Assembly (NCBI GenBank): GCA_965285935.1 | Contig: OZ260666.1 | Coordinates: 3,162,001-3,226,000 of the forward strand | Direction: 5' to 3' | DNA: 64,000 nucleotides | Source of the DNA: Ophelia neglecta | Lineage: Eukaryota | Shown: piece by piece, positions 23,682 through 34,896 of the stretch | How positions within the stretch are numbered: position 1 is the stretch's first letter | Layout of the letters: each line of letters starts with the position of its first letter | Program-made: the position numbers and the translations under genes | The notes under the pieces: generated by a model | What the model saw: the letters and a program-made list of their open reading frames with translations, nothing else | What the model was told of the DNA's origin: nothing | Databases searched by the model: none

Positions 23682-24597
23682 CAGCACCTTATTAACCATG
23701 TATTGTATGGGAAATATGGGACACAGGTCTATACAAGTAATAACCAAACTGGGTTATCAAATACATAGATACATCACATTCCTTGGCCACCATCCAACAC
23801 GGAACAACATGGAGTTTGCCCTGGAACTGAGACGGCATGGTTGGAGGAAAGGGGTGAGTTGGTGGTTTGGTGGAGGGGGGTTGGGGGTTGGTAGTGGTGG
23901 TTGGGGGGGGGAGTGGGGGGGGGGCGGAGTTTACGGAAAGGCTGCTTAGCGTGTGATCTGATGGATTATCTAATTTATTCATTTAGTCAGCAGATCACTT
24001 CACCACACTCCTACATTATTCAAGCTATATATATAAAATGTTTGTTTAATGACCGAGCGCCTTCCTGTAATATATATCTGGCAAGCGCAGATGATATCCT
24101 CCCGGAAATTACTGTCACATATTAGATGTTGAGGCAGACATTTAGATGGATGACATCATCGTTATTTAGGTGGGTGTTTTCTACTAGCTATTTCCTTTTG
24201 GCACGAGTTTTTGAGTTAAGAGACGCACCATTAGATCACTAGACGGGAGCATGGAGGGGGATAGGGAGTAGGAGGATGGGGAAAGAAGATTGCTTACAAA
24301 TAAACTGTTTTTAAATTCATGATAAAGATTTTTTTTTAAGTTTGTAAAAAAACGGTATAACGGTTTTTCATTTACTTCGGCTTAAAACACATATTTTCTC
24401 CCCAGAAGTTGCGAACAATTTTTTGCTTCAAAATTTTCTAGCCCCCCCCCCCCCTTCTGCTTCCCCTTGATTTCAAATTGATCGGGCAATGCTCATTTTT
24501 ACTACACGTTACAGTTTTATATCATCTATTAAATGTGTAAGACAAAGATATGTTTAAACCATGTTATTCAGGTCTACACATATTAACGCCTGCAATA

Positions 24598-27500
24598 ATG
24601 GGGTCCGAGTTGATCGTCCTACTTCTATGTCTGTGCCATGTAGCAGATGTTATGACCGCACCAGCTAGTGGTAAGTACCGCACCACCTAGGGGTAAGTAC
24701 CGCACCAGCTAGTGGTAAGTACAGCACCAGCTAGGGGTAAGTACCGCACCACCTAGTGGTAAGTACCGCACCACCTAGTGGTAAGTACCACACCAGCTAG
24801 TGGTAAGTACCGCACCAGCTAGTGGTAAGTACCGCACCAGCTAGTGGTAAATACCGCACCAGCTAGTGTAATTTACCACACCAGCTAGTGGTAAGTTCCG
24901 CACCAGCTAGTGGTAAGAACCGCAACAGATAGTGGTAAGTACCGCGCTACCCAGTGGTAAGCACCGTGCCGCCTTTGTGGTAAGTACCCAACCACTTTGT
25001 GGTGAGTACCACGCCACCTTGTGTTAAGTACCCATCCATCTAGTGGTAAGACCCAGAATGGTGTAATGACTTGGGTTAGTAAGGTATTGGACGCCTTAAT
25101 ATGTCTGTGTTTAAAGGATAAAGATAAAGGTGTTTTCTGAATCATATTCACATTTGAAGAAGGCAAACATTATGAAGATGGATTTATTTATAACTTATAG
25201 AACCCTACAATGTGTAACTTCCACAGGTACAGTCACTCGAGTGAATATTGGCGACAACGCCATCCTGCGGTGGAAACTGCCGAAGGAAAATGACATAGAA
25301 CCAACAAAATGTTATGACACGAACAAGAACAACACATTTAACATTGTGAACATGACCGTGTTACCCAAGAGTGGTAACTTCAGCCTGGGCTTGTCTGAGC
25401 TTTTGAATGCAGGGAGAAACGAGATCAGCCTAACAATGACATTGACAAATGTCACGAGGGAAGACGCTGGTTCGTACAAATGTCGTCGTACTAGCTATAG
25501 TGAAACCAACACTGTTTTTGTCTGGGGTAAGTTTCCTTTGGGTTTTTCCGTGGCCCTGAAAGACTATGTGTCCGATATTTTAATTGGCGACTGAAAAAAC
25601 AATCAGTGAACTAGTAAATATATCGTCGTATTTTAGTATAAGTAAGACTTTCTTAATGATTTCTTTCATTAAATGTCTCCTCCCGTTTATTTTCTTCATG
25701 GTGAAGAATAGGACAATGTAACTCTCCTTTTCTAGAAGGAAAAATAAATATGCAACCTCAAACGTGTTTAATAATCGATATGAAAATAAACTATACTTCG
25801 AGCCATCCAGCAAACCATTAATCATAACATTTAGGTGTTCAAATATTTTACTGTTTTATCATATATATCAAGTAGTATCTTTAAATTTTAAAATGGTCAA
25901 GTAACTGCTATATTTTATACTTATCGCCCTCACTGGGTGCGATGGAATGAATTCATATCATTATGTTTGCGTTGCAGGAAAACCAACTCCAGCCATAATT
26001 GATACAGAGGGTTTAAAATTAATGTGTGACGTCATTTCCACCTCTCTACCAGACTACGTTCGACCTCCGATGACTTACAGTTGGTTACGAGATGGCGCTT
26101 TAATCGGAAAAACCACGGATGAGTCTACCTATACGATACCCATACACAGCATATTTAACCAGTTCTCTGAATACTCCTGTCGAGGGAGGGAGTATGGCTC
26201 AAGTCTACACTCAGACTCAAGTAGGCAAAACACATTAATAGTGGCTAGCAATATGGCTAAGCAAAACTGATTAAATTCATATCGACAACTTGCTATGGAA
26301 CGCTTGTATATTGGCGAACAGGGTATATTTGTCCAATGTGCTGCAACCCGCTGCCAAAAGTACCAATTGGAAAGCTGATAAATCCTTTGTCATGTACGAG
26401 GGGCGGAGAGGTGGGAATTACAGTCTATTAAGAGGTCGATCCCAAGTTTCGGAAATACTCCTGCCCCCCCCCCCCCCCCAACCCCGCAACTTGTATAGGG
26501 AGTATGTTAATCGTATGGTCAATATTAACATTACACACTATTTTGAACAATATACAAACGAGTTCTGCTATAATCCGCTTGCAGAACCGGATTGTCTACA
26601 ACTTTCCTACCCCTCGATCGTTTGTGTTTATTATACGAATATGAGCGTTTGTGTTTTAGGTGGCTCTGTACGGCTTCCTGTCTCTCCAAGACTGGTGGCG
26701 ACAATCGCAGGATTTTGTGCCATAACAATCCTTACACTACTTGTCGCACTATCCTGCTGTCAACGTGAGTGTATTTTCATTTCTTCAAAGTTAAGCACGT
26801 GTTCATATGCATTAAACTCCCTTGATATCATCGCAACCGTATCTCAATATTATAAATAACATTACTTGAGGGACTGACATAACAAGAATTCACAAAGATC
26901 TATTAGACTAAAGTTTAACACTGCTTTTATATTACATGTACATAATATAATATTATCTTACTGCCATTTTATCTTACACTATCTCGGCGCATCAAATTGT
27001 TATCTTTCCGAATCAAATAATCTTATTTTAATTTTGTTCTAGATTCAAAACAAAGAAAGCGAGCTGCATCAAGTTCCGTCACAAACGAACACGATCGTCA
27101 GAAGTCAGGTTGTCGTCACGAGAAACGCGACCGACACGAGCCAGGCTGCCAACACGAACCCATCTGTCGTCAGAAGTCAGGCTGCCATCATGAACCTATC
27201 TGTCGTCAGAAGTCAGGCTGCCATCATAAACCCATCTGTCGTCAGAAGTCAGGTTGCCATCACGAACAACGCTGCCATCATAGCCAAAGCCGTCACGAAT
27301 CAAGCTACAATCAAGCACCTAGTTGTTGTCACGAGGAAGGTTGCCGACCTAATCCCCGCTGTCTTCAAGAGACACTCAGCCGTCATGAGTCAAACCCCCA
27401 TCTGGAGACGACACTCCATGGTAACGAGCCGCCCAACCGTCAGAACAATGATGAACATGTTGAGAGCATCACGGTAGAGAAGAGCGCCACGTTTCAGCCT

Positions 27501-27849
27501 CAATTGGAGGGTGAGTTTAAGGCCATTATTTGACCGGCTAGTATAGTGAAGTGTTTCCGCGAGCTCTCATTATCCTGCCTGACATCCCCATTTGTCAGAC
27601 TATTCCACTGACTAAATCAAGCGTCCAATATCCTTCAAACTTCTTTACTTTTGCGTTAAAACTATTCTTTCACAATAATCGAAACTTCCTAGATGAATTA
27701 ATTAATGTTTCTTCATTTTCTAATTCGTGTCTTAACCACCAGAGGCCAGCGAGGGACAGCCTAGCACAGTCTTACCTACAGAAGTTCGATATTCATTTGT
27801 TTGGGTACCACGACCTCCGCCTTGTGTGCAGAAAGCGACCCAAAAATGA
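24598..27849 (+). CDS. IgSF type-I membrane receptor, paralog C (~431 aa), ITIM-bearing
   Basis: Exons: 24598-24670 (signal peptide MGSELIVLLLCLCHVADVMTAPAS), 25227-25526 (V-like), 25978-26220 (Ig2), 26660-26764 (TM), 27043-27510 (Cys/His, CRQKSGCHHEPI x3), 27743-27849 (EASEGQPSTVLPTEVRYSFVWVPRPPPCVQKATQK*). Confidence 0.85.
24655..25051 (+). repeat. 22-bp minisatellite spanning the exon 1/intron 1 junction of C (~18 copies)
   Basis: Unit ACCGCACCAGCTAGTG|GTAAGT, degenerating toward the 3' end. Confidence 0.9.
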
Positions 27850-30831
27850 AGACACCTATTCGCAAATACCAATAAAAAAGTAATTCCAAATTTTATCCCA
27901 AAATAATTAACGGCTTTATTGACTGTTGATGTTCGTCTGTGAAATATTAAACGACATGCAGTCGCACTTAATAATATGCATTAATATATAACAACAATGG
28001 GACTACTATATGTACTGAGGTGCTTATGCTGTGGCATGCTATGTTATGCTATGCTTCTCTGGTTTAGCCCCATATTGGGCTCTTGGGGTTTGTCTCGGAG
28101 GATTCTGTGGGGACTTAGCTTCCCTTCTGATATGGGAACCCTTTGCACAATCACCAAATGACAGCGGATATCTCTATAAGTAAGCCCTAGATTCGCCGTC
28201 AGGACGAACAGACGTCTTTACTTTTATATAAAGATGATTTTCATGATAGGGACTTAAATGGGACCGTTCCTTTCCTTTAACTCCAGAAAAAACACGCTCC
28301 TACATTTTATCTCATTTGAAAATACACGGTTCCCTTTATCTATCACCAGAAAACACTTTCCCACACACTATCGGCCGGAAATACTACGTTTCGTATCAAT
28401 CAAGCATATTTTTTATGCTTTTTTGAGTTAATACCGTAAAAAAGGGGATAGTGTTGCGTGGTTGCAATATTTTGACGGTAAAAAAAAGTATAACATAGGT
28501 GAACACAATATAAAAAATAAGTATCATTGTACCCATTATGTACCCTTGGTTCTTGCAGGTCCCCTATAAAGTTTTCCTCTGTGTCGCTGGGTTCTTTTTG
28601 GTCTCGTGTATAGTTTTTATCAGTTTCGCTAGAGTACCAGCTAGTCTCCTCTAGAGTTTTTATCAGTGTCACTTGGTTCCCTACAGTGTTTTCCATGAAT
28701 GGTATCTGCTGGTCCCCTCTAGAGTTTTCCGCCGTGTCGCTGGGGTCAGGCGTAAATATTGAATCAGTCGGTATATTACAAATCAACTTAACTCCAATGC
28801 CAGTACTATCAAGAAGTTAAGCTTTTCGTTGCCATTTCAATTAATTACTTGGGCAACTCCAAATGGTTTTAAGAATACGGAGCCTTTTACGCTGCTATGC
28901 CCTTGTAGACGGAAGTGCCACAAAATGTACATTTGATTTTATAAATTTTTAAGACGTGTTATTTGTCCGTTTGCTATGAATTTTATTATTATAAAAATGT
29001 GATTTATCTAATTTGTTTCATGCGACATTCCAATTCAACTTGTTTCGCACTATCTGTATTTAGTGACACAAATAGAATTATTCAAGCAAAAAACAACATG
29101 CTTTTCCATTGTTTATTTAACCCTTTACAGAAGAATATGAGGAATTTAATGCGTTTAGAAATAACAAAATAATACAGCAAACGATGATGCTCAGTGTCTA
29201 GGGATGTTATGTCTTTGTGTTAGCTGATAAGGTCTTATAACGGTATTCATCACATTAAGCTGAATATTATAAAAACAATAATATTAGAATAACTGTAAAT
29301 CTATGCGAATATTATATACAAATCAGTAGTGTATTGTCCATTTTATAGCTTTTCTTCACATCTAAGTAAATATGAGTATAATAATTAGTAGGACAATTAT
29401 TACATCGGTTCTTCATAATAATATTATTTCAGTGCTAATTTCAATATTATTTATTAAGTAACTAGTATAGTAGCCGCCAAAACGAAATTCATCCCATCAA
29501 TCTGAGTATAAGACAAAATGAATGACAGTCGTTATAACGGTAGTGAACACAACATGTTAAATTGAAATATTAACAATATATGAGCAAGTATCTTAATAAT
29601 CGTAATGATGGTTGTTCTTACTGAATATGGTATAAACAGTGAGTAGTACAATACTACTAATCCTAGATAATATTGATAACCAGTTCTGGGTAATCTGTAA
29701 TCTGATGGAAATCAAAGAGAGGCAAAATAGTTTTGCCGCCGCTGCGATAAGACTTGTAATACATATAACATAATAGAAGGATGCTCCTCACAAATGTGGC
29801 GTTGTTTTGTTCAAACTGGGTTTTTACATTAAACATTTTACCAGTTTTGCCTGCCATTTCCATAAAGCAGGGGGCAGAGCCAGGTTCGGCAACTTTTCAT
29901 ACAAGTGGTAGCCGATTATGTTGCTTTTGCAGTCCATGGCCATGCTGCCTTCTAAAACGCGTAACATAATTGATTATTCTTTTCCGATTATTCTTGTGAA
30001 TTCTTAGTACATTGGGCTTCACTTTGTTCTGGTAAGTCGCGGAATCGCGTCAGATGTACTTTGTGTTTCGATACCTAGTTCTACTTAGAACTAAACATTT
30101 ATATAATGCATGTTAAGTAATTAGCAATAAGTTTTTCTGTATTACGTCCAAAAAAGTGTGTACGCCTTTAAAGGTATCATGTTCCCTAGGCAGCATAATC
30201 TAGCAGACAAGTAAGGTAAGGACGTCATTCAACTATGTTTTGGCATATCCTGATCATTTATGATAGGTACATGATAATCTGTACTGTATTGTTAATATAA
30301 AGCATTGGTAGTTTGAACATCTTAAATATAGAAATTTAACTAATTTGTGCCTGCATTTAAAAGACACTTTCTAACACCCTCGTAGCTTATGGCATTTATT
30401 TTTATCCTATATTACACTTCCGCGAGAAGGAACCAACGCACTTTGTCATGTGTAAATACCCTGTTATCGTATCGGGAATATATCTCCATTAATCATTATT
30501 GCCTGCCAGAGACTTGTGCCCGGAAATTTTACCTCTCCGTGACTGGGAAACATAAAACGGAGGTGGAGGGAGAGCAGTCATTTTTAATAACCGAGGCGAA
30601 CATTTCATGAATTTATTACATTTCATGTTGATAAAAGAGACAGAGCGGCATGTTTTTTGTTACTGATTTATGATAAATTGTAAGTCAAACAATTAGAAGG
30701 TCGATTAACCTGATATGTCGTAGAAAGTGGTCGGCGTTTGTTGTCAACAAGCTATTTCCTATGGGAATTCTCACATATGGCAACGTGTTAATTGATTAAT
30801 AACACTATAGGGTTCCGTGTGCCTTAGCTTA

Positions 30832-30986
30832 GTATGAAATGTTCAACATTCCTGTATGAAATGTTCAACATTCTTTTATGATAATTGTAACATTCCTGTA
30901 TGAAATGTCTATCATTCCTGTATTAAATGTCAAACATTCCTATATGAAATGTCTAACATTCCTGTATTAAATGCCAAACATTCCTG
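30832..30986. repeat. 22-bp tandem repeat, ~7 copies
   Basis: TGAAATGTTCAACATTCCTGTA units; only ~2 copies in the inverted homologous flank at about 8190-8228. Confidence 0.8.
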
Positions 30987-31838
30987 ATCTAGATGAATTG
31001 CAATTCTTTGCTAGCAAAATCTACCAGTTGAAATATATTAAAAACATCGACGATATGTTATTTAAAATAAATTAAATTAGTCGAGACAGATTCGAGGGGA
31101 CACTTGCCTTATACTTACTGCATGGTTGTACTCATCACATGACACTCGCCTTATATTAACCCACGCTTATCACAGATTCCGTTGCCTTCATGTGGCTGCT
31201 GGAAGGTAACACTCATTAGTTAGTGAGAGTTAGGAAAAAGAGAGGGATGCAGTGTCTAACTATAGGGACTTTATATGGAATATTGATTAAACGCGGAGGT
31301 ACGGAGGCTAGGCGATGGCGGAGGTCATGGTAAATTCTGGACGGCATGAAGTGTACTTGCGGCTGAAGGTGTCGAATTGAGGTTAATTTTATGGCTAGAC
31401 TGTGGTTAAGATTATTCAAGGCTAGCGTGTAGCCTGATTGTAGGTTTCATCTTCGTAAATCTCCGCATCATTATAATCTTATTTATCACAGGGATACATA
31501 CATACATACGTTTTTTGGTGTCTACCATTACACATCAACCTGAAACAGAGCCCTCACATGGTTCAGGACGGGTTGTGATTGGATAGAAGGGGTCAGGAGA
31601 GGAAGGAATGGGGTGAGTGGGAGTGGGTTTATGGGCGCCTAGAAAGGGTCCAACCTGTACAGTTGTAAAGATATGTGGCCCTATCGTTAGGAAAAACAAT
31701 TCATTAGATCTTGTAAATGAAACCACCCACTCCAAGTCCTCAAAATTATGCCCCCCTTTCCACATGAAGTTATATTTACGTAGGTGCTATATATAAGATA
31801 ATATTTGCTCAAGTGTATCTGTCAATACCCGCAGAGAT

Positions 31839-31882
31839 CGTGTCGGAAACTCGTTACGGGAAGTTTCTATGTCTATATATAA
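31839..31882 (+). promoter_or_regulatory. Putative core promoter of D
   Basis: GGGAAGTTTC at 31858-31867 and TATATATAA at 31874-31882; homologous to the A and B upstream blocks. Confidence 0.4.
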
Positions 31883-32261
31883 CTAGAATTGGCTACATTA
31901 TCATGTAGATAACAGAGAGAGTGCGACTGGCCTTGTCAATGTATAGATGGAAAGGCACACAACTAGAGATATGGATTACTTGTTAATTGGTGGAAAAGAT
32001 GTGGGTGTATGTTATCAACCCACTATTTCCTTCCAGAATTTTCACATTTGGACACGATATTAAAAGTGCATATACACCTTTAGCTTCCGCGGGTCATAGG
32101 CCTACATTTACATGGACTTTCAAGCAATATGACTACTCGCTGAGCGCATATTATTCCTTGTGTAGGGTGCCGTATATTTGTGTGATTAACAAGTGTATTG
32201 ATAAACAAACAGCTGACTAATGCCCTGTTTTTAGGTGCCAGTGAAAATAAGCTTGCATGGG

Positions 32262-34896
32262 ATGGAGTCAAAGCTGACCGTACTACTAGTCTGTCTGTGT
32301 AAGATAACAGATGTTATGACCGCGCCACCTAGCGGTAAGTACCAGAATTTACATTGTGACGTATGTAGATTTCTTAGCTTTAATAACTTTATGATGGGTC
32401 AAGAAGTATACACCAAGTCTCATTCATTCATCATAACTGGCCGCTTTTACAGTAACGGCGTTTTCCTAATCTTATTCACCCTGGAAGGAGGATTGTATGC
32501 ATAGAATGATAAACATAGAAAGCCTTTCTTCCAGCTTCTTCAGTCACAGTCACTCGAGTGAGTGTTGGTGAAGAGGCCACCTTGTGGTGGAATCTTCCTG
32601 AGACAAATAGCAGAGAGCCACTCAAATGTTTTGATAAGAACGAGATCAACACATTTAATATTGTGAACGGGAATGTGGTATTAAGAAATAATAGTAAATA
32701 CAGTCGTGAGCGTCTCTACGTAAAGATAATTGAAACCGGCCTAGAGATGACCTTCAAAAATGTCACGAGAAATGACGCTGGCCTCTATTACTGTCGTCGT
32801 ACTAACTATAGTAAAAGCAATACACTTTTTGTCTGGGGTAAGTTCCCTTTCCTATTCGCTCGGCCCTAAAAGGTGTAGATTAGATGTTATTTCTTCTTGA
32901 CGAAGTGTCTCATATATGTAGTTATAACTATATTACAGTCGCTTAGGCAATGCATAGATTGTCATGTTTCAGTGCAGATAAACTCTTAAAGTAGTATCTC
33001 ATGCATTAAATATCTAAGCTCCATAGTTTTTGAATTTTTTTCCACAAGGGGAAAGGTATAGCAACGTGGATAGCACTAATTGTCCAACTTCGAACATATT
33101 TCATTATGTTTATAGCAATTCATTAATTTACGAATGATTCGTCGGATTTTAATATTGGATATACTTAATTAAATGAACTACAGGTTGATCTTTCTTGTAC
33201 TTGCCCTAAAGCAGTAAATAGGTCTAGGTAATATAGATGCGTTACCATATATATCGTCTTCTTGAGTCATACCAAGCAGCACACGTTATTACTACTAATC
33301 GCCCTCGCTGCATTCATTTGAATAATTACATATTCAGATTATTTGCAGGAAAACCATCTCCAGCCCAAATAGATGCAAAAGGTTTTAAGTTGATGTGTAA
33401 CGTCACTTCAACCTCTTTGCCAGAAGACGTTCGACCTCCGATGACATATACTTGGTTGCGAGATGGCGCTGTTATCGGAAATACCACAAACCAATCTAGC
33501 TTTATGATAGCATTACACAGCACTATGAACCCGTTCCATAAATACTCCTGTCTAGGGAGAGAGGCTGGCTCTACACTAGCGTCAGACTCAAGTAAGCAAC
33601 GCACACTAGTAGTACTAACCAACGTAGCTTCTAAAACCGATGGAAATTCCCATTGCATGTTTTTGCACCGAACGTCGGTGAACTAATACGCGCATGTCCA
33701 GTTTAATCGGCTATCCATATGTATGATCGTCCCAAGCCAGAGTGAGGTCCTATCCTCAGCGCTCTGGCCCTCTCATCTTGTAGCGTCTGAAATAAAATGT
33801 TGGCTTAAGACGGGCCTATCTACTACTCTCTCTCTCCCGTCACTTCAATTTGAATTTGGTGTTTTTTTGCAATTACTATCAACTAATATTTGATTTGAAT
33901 ATCATGTTTTCAGGTGGTTTTGTACGTCTTCCTGTCACTCTGGGACTACCGGGAATCACGGGATTTGGTGTCATAATATCCGCAGTACTCCTTATCATAC
34001 TGGTCTGCTATCGACGTACGTGTCTTTTATCTTGAAAGAGAATTCCGCGCCATCGTGTATTGTACTTTCTGAGCGCATATTCCCCGATCGAACAGAACAA
34101 AATGACCTGATTTCTCCTCCGTGTCATAAAATCTGAAACATTTCTTGCGCTAGCAAATAATTACAACTTAAATTTGATCTAGGATCAAAACAAAGAAATG
34201 AACCTGCGTCAACCCAAACGACTTCAATTGTTGTCACAGACGAACACGGTCGTTCCAGACCAGGTTGTCTTCACGAGCAAAGAAACTGTCAAGAGCACAG
34301 CTGTCCTCACGAACGTATGTGTCGTCAGGCGTCATGCTGCTGTCACGAACAACGTTGCCGTCATGAGCAGCGCTGTTGTCACGTGTCAAGCGGCAATCAC
34401 GTGCATAGATGTCGTCACGAACCACTCTGCCGTCTACAGCCAAGCCGCAATCAGGAACCATCGTGTGGTCACCAGCCATCCGGCCGTCAGGTAGATAACG
34501 TTGAAGACTACGACACGACCATGGTAGAGAACATCATGTTTGACCCTCGAATGGACGGTGAGCCGATATCTATTAAATTCCCCTTTCATAAATTAATATT
34601 CATCAAGAATTTCTAATATCCTACAACATATTTTCATAGTAGAGATATTTCGTTTTGACCACCGCCTTTTTCTTTTAATATTATATATTGTATGTTTATT
34701 ATATTTTATAAATTTCCTTATTCAGAGTAAGAATTCCAGAATTTTGTGATATGATGTTATCCTGTTAGCAACGCGCTGGTTTGAGTTTGAAATGTTTGTT
34801 TTCCTACTAGAGAGCGGTGAATACGGATTGTCCAGTAGGTTCAGCTATATCGCGGCCGGGTATTCTGAGGTTCGGTTGCCAGTACGTCCGCTTTAA
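32262..34896 (+). CDS. IgSF type-I membrane receptor, paralog D (~393 aa)
   Basis: Exons: 32262-32334 (signal peptide), 32535-32837 (V-like), 33349-33591 (Ig2), 33914-34015 (TM), 34183-34557 (Cys/His-rich), 34811-34896 (ESGEYGLSSRFSYIAAGYSEVRLPVRPL*). Closest to A. Confidence 0.85.

Noticed and set aside
24655-25051. CRISPR-like appearance of the short repeat arrays (also 22945-23210)
   Set aside because: Head-to-tail units with no unique spacers, no cas genes, and a eukaryotic context.
5909-32837. Dscam-like alternative V exons or RAG-type rearranging segments
   Set aside because: Each V exon has its own signal-peptide and TM exons; I saw no heptamer/nonamer signals flanking them.
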